In this document: piece by piece, positions 39,301 to 53,600 of the stretch
Numbering within the stretch: the first letter of the stretch is position 1
Layout of the letters: every line of letters starts with the position of its first letter
DNA from: Phoronis australis
Lineage: Eukaryota; Animalia; Phoronida
Assembly: GCA_002633005.1 (NCBI GenBank)
Contig: NMRA01000228.1
Location: 236,120 to 300,119, forward strand
DNA length: 64,000 bases
Direction of reading: 5' to 3'
Translations under genes and position numbers: made by a program
The notes under the pieces: model-generated
Database searches by the model: none
Told to the model about the DNA's origin: nothing
The model's input: only the letters and a program-made list of their open reading frames with translations

Positions 39301-41590
39301 TGCAATTATATTAAGTATGGCCAATCTTCAACTAGACTTCCAAATTAGAGACTGTATGATAAAGGTGAAACTTGTTCAACAACAACCATAACAAATGACT
39401 CACGTGTTCATGTAACTGTGATTGACACCTGCAAACTTGACATTAGGACATCGTACGAGGAAGCAGAGGCAGGTGACAAGTGACAAAGAAGTGACAATGA
39501 GACAAAGACGGATGATGCCTCTACACTTCAAGTTCATTTTCATCACAATGAATCCTCCCAGAAACGTTCCACCACCGCCCGCAGGGATAACAGCGTAACC
39601 TGGACAAACAAACATCACCAGTCACTGAAGGCTCTTTACAACAGCCTTTATAAACCACAGTAATCAGGTATCGGATTTAATTTGCCTAGTGAAAAGAGAA
39701 TAATGACTGAACGTGTTCAATGTCATCAGACTTGTGAAGGAACGCAACTATACAGCACATGGTTACAGAGAAATGAAATGAAAAGCACATAAGACAATGG
39801 CTTTATGTGATCCTCACCAACATAACGAGCACATAAGACAACGTATTCACATGATACTCACCAATGTACTGAGCATGTAAAACAACAGGTTCACACCATA
39901 CTCACCATTATACTGAGCATGTATGACAATGGATTCACGTGATACAAATACACTGAGCATGTAAAACAACGGGTTCGCATGATACTTATATACCGAGCAT
40001 GGATTCACGTAATACTCATCAACTTACTGAATATGTAAGATAATGGATTCATTTGATACTCACCGACATACTGAGATGCCCAGTTGGACGTCAAACTAAA
40101 CTGTGCTTCCACAAATTTGGGTGCAAATGCAGAAAATCCACTCAGAAGCAGTCCTAGAAATGTTGAGAAGAAATAAATTATGCTATTAGTTTCTGAGACT
40201 AGTTGTTCCACATTTTAAGGTTCTATTCTTTCTAAACATTCAAACAAAACTCAAAAATAACAGTCTCAAAAATTCAAAGGCAAATTATAGTAACTTCTGC
40301 CAGGACAAGAACGAACATTTTCCGTGGAAACAGTCATCTTGACATTTGTTCACACTGAAGACCTACATAGTTTTTTAAATAGAATTTATTAGAAATGTCA
40401 ATGCACCACGCATTATGAAGCAAAACTAATTGAAAACTTGCCCAGGGTCCATATTTGAACCACAAACGTCATACATACAACACTTTCACAGAAAATGGAC
40501 ATCAAGTCTTAAACTAAATGTTACATCTGCTATTGAACAAATGGTTCAGCTTAAAGTGGAACTTGGAGGCTAATTCTTTACCTCTGATTGCTCGGCCAAA
40601 TTAATTAGAAACAACATATAGCGACAGTGTGAATATGAAGTAGGTTGAAAATTGCAGAGTGTTTTTAAGAACGAGTTTTGTGGCAAAAATGATTCACCGC
40701 AAATCGCTGAACCGTGTTCATTAAGTATTATGACGTGGTGCTGGGGACTAACACTGCATGATACAGGCTATGTGAACCCCCAAGGTACATCATTAGTACA
40801 AAGGTCACTTATTTGTAGAATTTTTTGTTTTCACATTTACACCTTGTCCGTTAAAACAACTTCATTTTGTAAGCGTAGATTATATTAAAATAGTTTGGTC
40901 ATTTAGTTCCTGCTATAAATGGCCTAGTTAGGAGCATGCAAATACATCTTTAAGTAAGTTCTCAAAGAGAACTTTCAGAGTTTTCCGTATGAAGCCTTCT
41001 ATATATTTCTGACCATTCCAACAAGTTAGGTTCACAAGAAAACATGATCTTGAGAACTTAAAGGATTTTGTGAAAAGCAATGGCGACTAAATTGGGGAAT
41101 ATTAACAACAACCAATCAAAAATAATGTTTAATTACTAATTCTGTATGCTATTTTTAATAAAATCAACTCGTTCATCACAGCTACAAAATGACTTAATGT
41201 TGACCAAGTGAAGTTCCCATCCTAGCGCGCAAGTTTTCAACAAAATCATGTAAACATTTCATAACAGGGTTCTTATGCTGTGATATAAGTAAATTGGTGT
41301 TCAATTATAACAATTGCTTTGTGACTTTTGAGAGCAAATCCAGCTTACGCTGACTGGACTGCAGAATTAGTACCTCATAGTACATCTTCGCAATAGTACC
41401 CTACGCTGGCCCTGTGTTGCCCATAATGGCTTGGTTAATTCACTGCCTTCCGGTTGTCATTTTAATGACTTCAAGTGTCATTTTTTAGCAATTTTCTTGC
41501 ATTTAGGAAATAAAAGAATTTATATTAAATTACTCTTGAATGAAAACTTTGAAATACAAACTGCCATGTAAACACTAAATCTGAACAATT

Positions 41591-41631
<41 letters not shown>

Positions 41632-44600
41632 TGTGTTATCTGACTATTCATGGTGATGCATTGTCTGCTTAAAATTGGCTCTGAGTAAAATCTTACTGTA
41701 TATAACATTTATCAGTTTACCGCCTTGAGCGTATATTTGACTCCGACATATAGCCCAGACAATGCCATCAGCCAAATATATGCTTCTGACATCAACACCC
41801 AAACTAGGAACCAAGAAACACTGAGTGTGGCGGTCAAGATCTGCCAGTTACACCATGATTGTACTACTATAACACCAACCTTCTGTGGCTCCTGCCAGGT
41901 TGAGAAAAATAAAGGCTGGATTGGTCAGAAGAAGTTTTAATGAACCTGGAATATCTTTGAGTTTCCCAAAACCCATGGTTGCCATGGCATCATCACCACC
42001 CTTGTACGCTTCCGACACACGCTCCTTCTGGAGTTTAATGTAACCTGTGTTGAACAAACACAACAGTGTTAGCGTAGTCAACAGTTTCTACAAACAATAA
42101 GTGCATGTTAGTTAACAGCAAAGATATTTTTTAAAGTCCAAAGTCAAAGAATAAAAGTATTTTTGAATTCTAGATGAGTGAAAAATCTGAATTATGTTAA
42201 CCCATTTTTGTATTGACATTTTTTCTTTTGTTTTGAACACAATTTTAGAAAAAATGATGCTGTAAACTCCTTCTGTTGCAAAAATTGTTTTCTAATTTAG
42301 ACCACGTCAGGGACCATTATGAAATTGGCATCAAATTGTTCCTTAGTAAAATTAGAAGTGATTTCCTGAATTAGAAAGAACTAAATGTCCGTTATTGCTT
42401 GAGTCCATGCTTTATACGTTGGCCTGTCCAGGCTGCCATTTTCTGCACCGAGCAGGGTCCCCAGAAAGAGCTAGTTTCAAGCCTAGAAAACACTTCTCTT
42501 GACAAAGAAAGTTAAATATTACTTGTCCACAATAACACTTAAACTAAGAAATTTTTGGCAGAACCGTAATCACCAAAAATGAAATACTGACTGTGAAGAT
42601 AATTTTTACTCTAGCAGTGTGCAATTTTCAGTGTCACAAGGTCAACATTTGCTTTGAACCTGAATTAAATAAAGCAATTCCATACAAAATGTCACTGAGA
42701 TAAGTCTGAATGTTATCGTGATAATGAGAGTTGACACTCAAAGGGCAAGTCTATTCAACAAAATAATGAATTTTTTGTTTGAAAAAGCTCTGAAGGTTTG
42801 AGAATACGACCGACCGTATCAGTTTGGAAGCATTACTTCAAGTATAGTGTCCCAAGAAACTGCAACTGTTCAAGACAAGCAAACACAGACTGATAAAGGT
42901 AATTTTATCAACAAGCAAAACATTTCAAAAAGTTTCTATTCCACAGCTAGCGTATCAATAAAATTTTGTTGAACATCAATTTCCCACATTCTTTCATCTT
43001 AGGAAACTGATACATTAAAAAATATTTTTTATAGAAAAATTTCTTGTGAAACCAATTGCATAATTTTGGGAGACTGACTTGTTGTCCAAAATCAAACATG
43101 TTAGTGATTTGATTTTGGACATTTCAGAGCCTGAATTAATCTAAACCATACAGAAAATCACTACTAAAAGCTCCATCTAGTATTCAAACACATAACTTGT
43201 CTAATCCCAATTTATTGAATGACACATTACTTTCAGCACATGGTCCACGGCCAGGGAGTTCCAACTGATTAGACATTCAGTAGCAACAAATTTGCCCTTA
43301 ATTCCAAGCAAAGTAAACATATCTATGTTGTGTAAGGTACTTAACTATTAGTGGAAACAGTTTTGGTACTTAAGTAATCAGTTCTGGTACATTAACCAAT
43401 GGATATACCTTACAACATTATTAGCACACGAAATGAAAGGCGTGACTACTACACAATATCCATACAGATCTGCATTATTGTTAAAGTGTCTTGTGAACAC
43501 TTCAACTACAATACACTCAGCACCAGATGACACTTACCAGGAAGAACCCTGGGAAATCCAATGAAGATGAATCCCACAATCATGGATAGAAAGCCACTGA
43601 ATAGAAAGCCCAGCCACCAGGCTCCTACCCACAGGGGGTGGCCTGGCTGGATGGCAATGCTGAAGAGAACAAGGAAATGGGTTAAGTTCAAGTCTTACAA
43701 AAATCACAATGTCCACGAGGCACTAACAGTAGATTGGAGAAGTATTGAGAAAGTTATCAGGCAATTAATTAATAAAGATTTTAAATCTGTACGCACGCCA
43801 CCTATTGGCCACATCACGTGACCTAATGAACATACCATATTCGCCCTAATTGTCTAAGCGCCCACGGCGCTTAGACAATTTCGTTTCGGGAGGGAGGGCG
43901 CTTATTGTACCCTAAGGCGGTTGAAACCCGGTCTCCGAAACAGGTGAAATCGGAAGCTAGGATTCATCAAATTTGTGCACTGCAACGTGTCTGTAACTTA
44001 TGACAGACATTCCACAAAATTGTGGGGCATTGCTATCAAACTTCGTTGTTAAATTACGATCATTTTTCAGAAAATTGTGTGGAAATCCAAGGGCGGAAAC
44101 TCACCGACTGATGCGTCGCTGGCTAGCGAACGTCGATAGCGCAACTTGAATTCTTGAATAAAAATACTGTTTTGACTCAACAAATTACCTGAAATCCTCC
44201 ATAAGTTTTCCAAATAGTGTCCCTAAAATTTTTAAATTCCTGTGGATTCGGGATTAACCAAAGATTAAGTCCAAATCTGCCTTAGATCGCATCCCGCGAC
44301 ACGAGAAAAATCTGGATGAACACACATGTTGTCACATGATGTTTGTTTTGTTTGAAGTTTGTCTGCGTGTTTGTGTGTGTGTGTGTGTGTGTGTGTTTGC
44401 CAAGTAAGCGAGCTCGAGCATGACATCAGATTTCATTTGCCAGAGTAGCAGGCCTACATGTATGTAGCGCGTGCTTCCTGGCCAAGTGCTTTTAACACTG
44501 GTCAAGTTTTTTTTATTAGTCTTCGATTCGCAGTTTTCACGTGTACAAAGAAATCTGGATTGTTGTTGACGGAGATCTGCACGGGAAAGATACAACATAA

Positions 44601-47600
44601 TCCCGTTGACAAGTACGCTGCTTCTGTTCTGAAAGGCCTAACCATAGTGGGACATGTTCCTCGTAAGATCAGCAAAACTTTTGCGTTGTTTTTGAAGCAC
44701 TGCAAAAGTTTGAAGTGTATAGTCACAGTTGAATACTGACATAACGGCGAAGCTCGTGGTCTAAAAATTCTGCAGACTATGCTTTTTTCAGGACTGTCGG
44801 ATATTATTGATAAATTGAAGACGTTACTGTAGAATTTCAGAACTGTAGGTAAGGCATTTTTCGCACGTATACACGTTCATGGGGTGGGCGCTTATTAGGG
44901 CGAATACTGTAAGTCCAAAAAGGTTTCTGCCCCTAAGCAGAACTCGAACCCAGGACCTTTGTGATCTATATTTCCATGCTGGTTTAAGATTTACATACAT
45001 ATATATTTATGCTCACGATTTTATGGGCGAGATGCCTACTGCTAAGCGTGATTGGATTTCTGTGTTTGACCTGAGGTCCCCTAGGCTCAGTGGCTAGTAC
45101 ATCTGCATGGATTGCAGAAGGTGCTGGGTTCGAGTCCCAGTCAAGGCAGAAATCATTTTGGACTTATATTCATAAGGTCATGTGATGAGGCCAACAGGTG
45201 GCATGCAAACCAGACTTACAAGAGCAATGCGGAGTGTTGAAATGCGCCCACGAATGCATCGCAAACGGTGTGCTTTAAGGGTTGTTTATTGGTCATAAAA
45301 ATGGCCACTGGATGGCACAAAAATGTACAATCCATCCGAAAATGGAAACATGTCATAGTGAAAGCTATTCACCAAATTTTGTAGAAATCTGTCACGGAAC
45401 TTCAGAGAAACAAAGGAAAACAGAATAAAATGAAAACTGCCACTAGGGGGGACAGTGTTCATTGGATCCACCTGAAAGTCGTCATTGTCTGTCTGTTGTT
45501 AGCGTCATAAACATACACTTACTAAATTTAATAAAGACGCAGCAGTGGGTTTAGGAGATACAGCTATGGGCGCAAAACAAATCAAAACTACCATTGGAGG
45601 CACCACAGTAGTCAAAGTCGTCATCGTCAACCATCCTCTTCACACAGAGAACATAAACGCCAATTTTCAAAAACATCCTTAGAATGATTTGGTTGATAAA
45701 GGGGTGGACACCAAAAACAGACTCGAAAACAGCAAAAATGGCCACTAGGTGGCGCAAAACACCTTGATTCCATCCCAAAACAGGAGGATAGCATCATCTC
45801 GCCAACATATGCCTGTATTCAAAATTTATGAATATCTGTTGAAGACCCTTGAAGATACAGAGGTAAACGTAAAATCTAAAATTGCCACCAGGGGGCACAC
45901 CAGTAGTCAGATCTGTCTGAATGTCGTTGTTGTTCTTTGTTAACATCATATAAATACAGTTATTAAATTTAGTAAAGATCCTGCAAACGGTTTAAGAGAT
46001 ACAGCCTTGGGCGCAAAAAAACGAAACTGCTACTAGGAGGCACCACAGTAGTTGAAGTCATCGGAAAATCAACATCAGCCGTCCACTTCATAGTAAAAAC
46101 ATACATGCCAATTTTCACAATTATCCTGAAAGCGATTTGGTTGATAGTGGAGTAGATGCCAAAAAACAGTAAAAAGGGCCACTAGGTGGCGCAAACTAAG
46201 TCGAATCCATCTGAAAACGTAAAGATAGCGTCACCCCACTAACAAAAGCCGGTACGCCAATTTTTTTGAAAAAACATTGAGGACCTTTTAAGATATATAT
46301 AACGTAAAAAAAATAAAATTGCCAACAGGGTGTGCACCAGTAATCAAATCCGTCGGAAAGTCGTCGTAGTCCATTGTCAACATCATATCAATGCATTTAC
46401 TTAATTTAGTAAAGATCCTGCAGACGGTTTAGGAGATACAGCCATAGGCGCAAAAAAAACTGCCACTAGGAGGTGCCACAGTCGTTGAAATCGTCGGAAA
46501 TCATCATCAGCCGTCCTTTTCATAGAAAGAACATACATGCCAATTTCCACAATCATCCTTAAAGCGTATTGCTTGATGGAGGGGTGGATGACTAAAAACA
46601 TACTCGAAAACAGTAAAAAATGGCCACTAGGTGGCGCAAATTACATCGAATCTATCCGAAAACAGGTGGATAGTGTCATCTGTCTAATAGATACCTAAAT
46701 GCTAAATTTTATGTAAATACGCGGAAGACTTTGAAGATATAGAGGTAAGCGTAAAAACCTAAAATTGCCATTAGGGAGCAGACCGGTAGTCGAATCCGTC
46801 CGAAAGTTCGCTCATGCCGTCCCATCCATAAAAGGAACACATGTGTAAAATTTCATGAACATGCGTCAAACAGTTTTGGAGTTAGAGCAGCGGACGCCAG
46901 ACGGATGCCGGACAGACGCTGCCCGGACAGAGATGACAGCATAATGCGTCCACATATAAATATGTGGGCGCATAAAAATGTTTACGATCTATATTTCTAC
47001 GCAGGTTTAAGATTTACATGTATATTTATCAATCAATTATACTAACAAGAGTAACATGCAATGCACAAATATACCATTGTGGTAAACCGTAACATAACTG
47101 TAGACTGATATTTCACAACTTAGCAAACGGGTCATTCCCAACTGCAAACCTCTATAATATTGCAGCAAAGCAAACATTGTATGAGAATGAGTATTTAGTG
47201 TTTTCAATTAAGTCAGACCATGCAGCTGATTTTCAACTTTTTCAAAATCTGGACCGTTTGAATTTAAATAAAACTTCTGTCAGACTCTTAAAAATTCTAA
47301 CTTTAGTTGAGATGAATTAAACACCTCCACATATCAGTTTATTTCTACAAGATAGCCTCGGACAAGACCAAAGTAAGAAAAAGCCGACATGCCTTGAAAC
47401 ATCCTAAATTTGCCAGTGCAACTACAAAGCAAAATTGGGTGTGTACTAAATGCCAGGCTCACAATTCTAATTACAATTACATTGCAATTACAGAAACAAG
47501 AGTGACATAAATCGTTGAAATGTGCCTCAGCACGACTACACCTCAAACAGTGTGCTTCTTAGGCGTGTCCATTAGCATCATGTAATATATAAAATAAGAA

Positions 47601-50600
47601 GACCACAAGGAGATGTAGCATAAATCAAATCTGTCTGAAACAGGCAAGCACTGTTATCTCTTTAATGGGAACATATTTGCCAAATTTCATGATAAATGGC
47701 CCATCGGCCATCAAGGATCTGCAAAGGGATTCAGATCTGCCACAAGGGGGCACAGAGATAGCCAAATCCAACTGAAACTTATCATCCATTGTAACATTCA
47801 CACAAATTTCAAAAAGATGCTTCAAGCCACTAGGGGGCACCACAGCACTTGAACTCATCCGAAAATCAATGCTACCAGTAGTCTTCTCAGCTAGATCACA
47901 TGTGCAAATTTTCATAATGATGCTTTGAGCAGTTTAGCAGTTAGAAACGCCCATAAAAAACGGACTAAAAATAAAAATAAATAAATGGCCACCAGGAAGC
48001 ATAGAATACGTCGAATTCATCTGAAAATGAAAAGGCATTGTTGTCTCTATCAGAAACCTACATGCCAAATTTCAGGAAAATACATCAAGGAACTCCAAAC
48101 ATACAGAGGAAAATTTAAAACGTTAAAGTTGTAACTAGAGGGCACAGCAGTAGTCAGATCGGTCTCGTAGTCATCTGTTGCCAGCTTCATAAGAACACAG
48201 TCAGCAAAATCTCATTAAGATCCTCCAAGTGGTCAAGGAGATAAGGATCATAGGCTGGATACTCAAAGATAATAGCAATATGCACCCACACACATGTAGA
48301 CTTAAGTGCACAAAAACAGAATTTGCTAATTTAAAAAAGGAAGGAAATGAGTTTTAGATTTGCAGAAAATGGAAAATCAGTGTAGAAAGGCATGCAGAAA
48401 CTAAGCAATTTTCAAGACTAAAGATCGACAGTATTACATGACCATTAACAGCATGGCGTGATTATTACGGTAATGTACCAACGTAGAAGGGCATTCCTGA
48501 CGAGAAAGGTAATTTTACAAAAATTTGCAGTAACGCAGAATCGAACTCAGTAGTTCAGCAGTAGCAAGCGAATGCTCTGTTGCTTAGCCAAACTCCACGC
48601 GTTAACCAGCAGAGCGTTTTCAGCGTAAATAAATGGTAAAGACAACAGCTTTGACTTCAGCGAATGTGGCAGACAACGGCGAGAATTGGGGATTTGTACT
48701 AAAATCACAAAAATAAGGGATTTCGATGTTTTATAGATATCGTCAAAGCTAACAAATTCAAGAGGTCCGTCCAATCTAGCAATAAACCAATCTAGCAATA
48801 ATCCCATAAATGCTAGACCTTTTGTATACTAAATCCCAGACAACTGTCTGATGACAGGCAGATAAACAGATGTTGAAGTAATTGTAAGATTAGTGGTAAT
48901 GGAAACTATAAATAACCTTCTTGGTATGAATATTGTTGGGCAAAGTTTGCAAACAAAAACAAAATGACACCGAGATGTTGTATTGGCAGCAGCAAATTTA
49001 GATAAAGAAAGTAGAATGTCACAACCACTTTTTTCATGGTGCATTTCAGACATGAATCAAATAAACACAGCACTTGGACTTGCCACTTTACCCAGATAGC
49101 ATCACTACATTGGGCCGACGTCGCCATTCGTTGGCTCGAGGTCGATTGGTCGCGGTCGGTTTTTTGACGTTGGTCCGACGTTGGTCGGCGGTCTACGAGA
49201 TACTGCTTTTAAAAGCCTGTTTTGCACTTCCAAGTTAATTCGACGCTTGCGATATTATTTTTTTATAGTCACAATGTATAAGTCAACCTATTTGTCCTAC
49301 TTTGAGTATTGTTCAGTCTTGACGTCGGACCAACGTTGGCTCAGCGTAAGGCACGTTTGACGTTGGGCCGACATGGGTGCGACGCGGTGCGAGAAATCAT
49401 ATGTGGTGCTGAGTCCGACGTCGGTCCAACGTTGTGTCAGCGTTGTCAAAGTGTAGGTCCATTTAATAGAGTCAAATTGAAAAAGGAAAACTGAAAATCC
49501 GTCTGTGATTCAGAAAAATATTTACTGCCGTGCATAAGTCAGCCTATTTGTCCTTCTTTGAGTATTGTTCAGTCTTGACGTCGAACCAACGCTGGCTCAG
49601 CGTCGGGCACGTTTCACGTTGTGCCGACGCGGGTGCGACGCCGGGTGTGAGACTATCACTGGTTGTGCTGAGTCCGACGTCGGTCCAACGTCGTGTCGGC
49701 GTTGTCAAAGTGTAGGTCCATTTAATAGAGTCAAATTGAAAAAGGAAAATTAAAAATCCGTCTATGATTCAGAAAAATATATGCTGCCGTGGCAATATGT
49801 AAACATTTCATTCCAGCCGGATCGAGCCCAGCGGCCCGCTGCCGGNNNNNNNNNNNNNNNNNNNNNNNNNNNNNNNNNNNNNNNNNNNNNNNNNNNNNNN
49901 NNNNNNNNNNNNNNNNNNNNNNNNNNNNNNNNNNNNNNNNNNNNNNNNNNNNNNNNNNNNNNNNNNNNNNNNNNNNNNNNNNNNNNNNNNNNNNNNNNNN
50001 NNNNNNNNNNNNNNNNNNNNNNNNNNNNNNNNNNNNNNNNNNNNNNNNNNNNNNNNNNNNNNNNNNNNNNNNNNNNNNNNNNNNNNNNNNNNNNNNNNNN
50101 NNNNNNNNNNNNNNNNNNNNNNNNNNNNNNNNNNNNNNNNNNNNNNNNNNNNNNNNNNNNNNNNNNNNNNNNNNNNNNNNNNNNNNNNNNNNNNNNNNNN
50201 NNNNNNNNNNNNNNNNNNNNNNNNNNNNNNNNNNNNNNNNNNNNNNNNNNNNNNNNNNNNNNNNNNNNNNNNNNNNNNNNNNNNNNNNNNNNNNNNNNNN
50301 NNNNNNNNNNNNNNNNNNNNNNNNNNNNNNNNNNNNNNNNNNNNNNNNNNNNNNNNNNNNNNNNNNNNNNNNNNNNNNNNNNNNNNNNNNNNNNNNNNNN
50401 NNNNNNNNNNNNNNNNNNNNNNNNNNNNNNNNNNNNNNNNNNNNNNNNNNNNNNNNNNNNNNNNNNNNNNNNNNNNNNNNNNNNNNNNNNNNNNNNNNNN
50501 NNNNNNNNNNNNNNNNNNNNNNNNNNNNNNNNNNNNNNNNNNNNNNNNNNNNNNNNNNNNNNNNNNNNNNNNNNNNNGTGTATTTTTGTCATGCTGTGGC

Positions 50601-53600
50601 AATTAGTTATTGCACAACATATTCGAAGAGAACCTCCTATGCAAAATATCTTACTGACTGACATGCTCAGTCTATACGCAGAATATGGTCAAAACAGTGA
50701 GATTGGTATCAGAGAAACCGAGTCAGTCTTTTAGGACAGAAGTTGTAAAAATATATAGAACTCTGTGGAATTTACTTGATTGAGTAAATTTAAACTTCAA
50801 AGCATGCGAACACGGAAAAGAAGAAAGTTGCAATGAAGTTGTTAGCTCACAGTCAGTGTTCTCCACAGCTGAAAGTTGAAACTCGACTGGAGTTATATAA
50901 TTCATGTATGTGTTCGAAAGCTCCTGTAAATACTGTGGGAAGTTATTGTAAGCATTGGAATGTGTATTGACATGGTTCCAAAAATTCAAAATGTTGTAAT
51001 TTGGTTGAGAAATTACTAATCTCTCGGTACACTGCACTTCAAACTTATTGCATAGGTTTTCAAACTTTTCGCAAGTAAGCCAAACTCATCATGACAAAAT
51101 TTAAACTCTATGCAGTGACAAGTCAAAACAGTTTGTGGAGTCTCTGTTATTGTTGCTGACTTTTTCTCGTATCATCTCTATTCAGACAACGTATGGACAT
51201 AACATATCCTAGAGACTAGTTTTTATAAACAACTTTATTAAAATGAAATTTAAAGGCAAATTTGATTTTCATACCACATTAAAACCACAATCCTAAACAA
51301 ATATATAGTTTATTTATCTTTTTCGATGACATTTATAAGCTTGTAATGCTTTCGAGGGTGATACAGGATTTATCAATTTTGCATTCCCAGGCCAAGGAGA
51401 GCTATAGCAATTCGACTTGCTCGTGGAAGAACAATGAAAAGATGTGCTTATGACTATTTTAACATGTTATTGATTGGTACGCATTGTGTTTCAGAATGTA
51501 TGCTGATGTGTATTTCACTGATGAGGGCAGTGTAGAAGTAGTTCCCAAGTGTTGGGTTTGTGCGAAAGGAGATGATTGCAACCTGCCACCCTCAACTCTT
51601 GGAAAGCGAAGTAACTTTTAAAGGTGGCAGAACAGAAGAGATAGCCTGAGGTGGACTGGGTCTTGAACAATGCAGAAATTAAATATGCTACTGGTAAGTA
51701 AATTTCCTGCTCATTAATGGTTTCCTCATTGTTGTAAAATGTGAAAAAGTTTCAACCTCTGTAATTTTAGCTGTGAGAAAGTTGAACAATAAACTCTCTA
51801 ATGCTTAGCTTCGTCAGTTGTACTTTTTAATGACGTCATTTTTTTAGTAATTACATATAATAGGACATTTTTGTTTAAAATTTAAAGGTGCAAGTTAAAG
51901 GTGGCAGAAACTGAAGATCAATTGAAATGATGGCTGAAGTGCTGAGCTGAAGTATGCTGGCGACAGAGATGGTGACAGAAGATAGGAGGCAACAGACAGG
52001 TAAACAACAATGTTATAGTTTTCAAAATCGATGAATTGGCAAATCTTTTAAACACCTAGTCTTTCTAGCATTTTGAACAAAACTGATTTTTTCAACTTTT
52101 ATAGTAATATTCCTTTATATAGAGTTTAGTTTTTCATACTAGCTAAACTTAAAATTAAACGTTCTGAATATGAAACCAAATACCAAAACATATGTTTTTC
52201 ATGAATTTGCTTTGTAGTGAATTTAAAACTTACTTTCATGTATTTTTGCAATTTGCAGGGAAAGCTGTGCAAGTTTTAGATTATGTCCAAGAACTTGGTA
52301 GTGACGATCAAGATACAGATTGATTCTGCAGTGCATATTAACTTGGGCCTTCTTGTATAAAGGTTTAAATGGGAGTACTTCTTTATGCCTGATTAAAAAT
52401 ATTTCGTATTTTATTTAACTTGCAGATGGCATCTTAATTTCGTACTGATATGTTTCAATCTGGTCAAATTTTAACATTCTGTTAAGTCTTTTTAAAAGTT
52501 TATACTGCTTGGGCCCGAGTTCTTATGAAGACTCTGTGTTGAGAGACATCTTCTTCAACTTACACTAAATTCTTAGACAGTTGAAAGAAATGCATTGTTA
52601 CAGTTGCTAAAATTGCTTTAAATTCCAGTGCTCTATATTCCATAGCTTGATTAGCATTCAGCTTTTCACTGAAATGTTTAGGATTAATTATTTGCCAGTT
52701 CGATGTTCATTTAGGCACATAATTATACCTTAGTTTATTGATTTATTTCTCATGTCCTGTGTTTTTCATAGAGCCCCATGGATCCCTGTTTAAGTATCGT
52801 TGAAAATGTTTGTGTTGTATTTTACCAAATGTTTGGCATACTCATATAATTCTTGTAGTCATAATGACAGTAAATTTGTTGATTTGCTCGTATTTCTCTA
52901 TTTTATGTCCTGCAATGAAACCTTAATTACTGGAAAGCTCACTTTGGCAACTATTACGCTAATGGAACAATGATCAATTTTATTTTTTTGTTCCAAACGT
53001 AGTTTTGAGTATTCTTTGATATGTAAACTCAGGCTTTGTAATGAGCATTATTTTTTTAGTCTAGTATTCATGCGCGCACCCAGCCAAAAATGGGGGGGCT
53101 TGAATTTGATTCAGGGGTACGTTCAGAGCTATGAATTTTGCATTTTTGGAATTTTGGTTATTCCTGCCTTTTTAGTGGACTTTTGTTTTCTACTTTTTTC
53201 GATATTGTTGTTTCTACATGGCTGACATTTTTGCCCACCCTATGAAATGGAAGGGGGCTCGTTTGAGCCCCCGAGCTCCCCCCCCCCCGGTGCGCGCATA
53301 GTATTTATTAAGTCTTAAGCTTTATGGGTGAAGTGTTTGTTTCTCCTACAGTGTAATTGTAATGTTAGCACAGTTTTCATGAAAGTCACTACGCGAGGCT
53401 TGCCACAAATTTACATATTCAAGGTCAAAATGAGATATTTGCATCTTTGAAAGTTGTCTACTGTGCAAATAGTTTATTTTTATGATTTACTTCATCATTT
53501 ACCATTTTTGGTATTCATCATTTCTGGTATTGATATGCTTTAATAAAATGCTTAAAGAACACAGGAATGCCTTTAATGACATACTGCATGCTGTGCATAT

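Noticed and set aside
45076-45148. Possible tRNA gene (anticodon GGA)
   Set aside because: The acceptor and D stems are broken, there is no long variable arm as expected for Ser, and it is joined to a repeat tail present in two copies; treated as SINE-like.
49762-50734. Long ORFs of 264-317 aa
   Set aside because: Artefacts of translating through an N gap.
51518-51575. CTGATGAG...CGAAA hammerhead-like words
   Set aside because: No convincing stems I-III; the sequence is better explained as a decayed coding exon (FTDEGSVEVVP).
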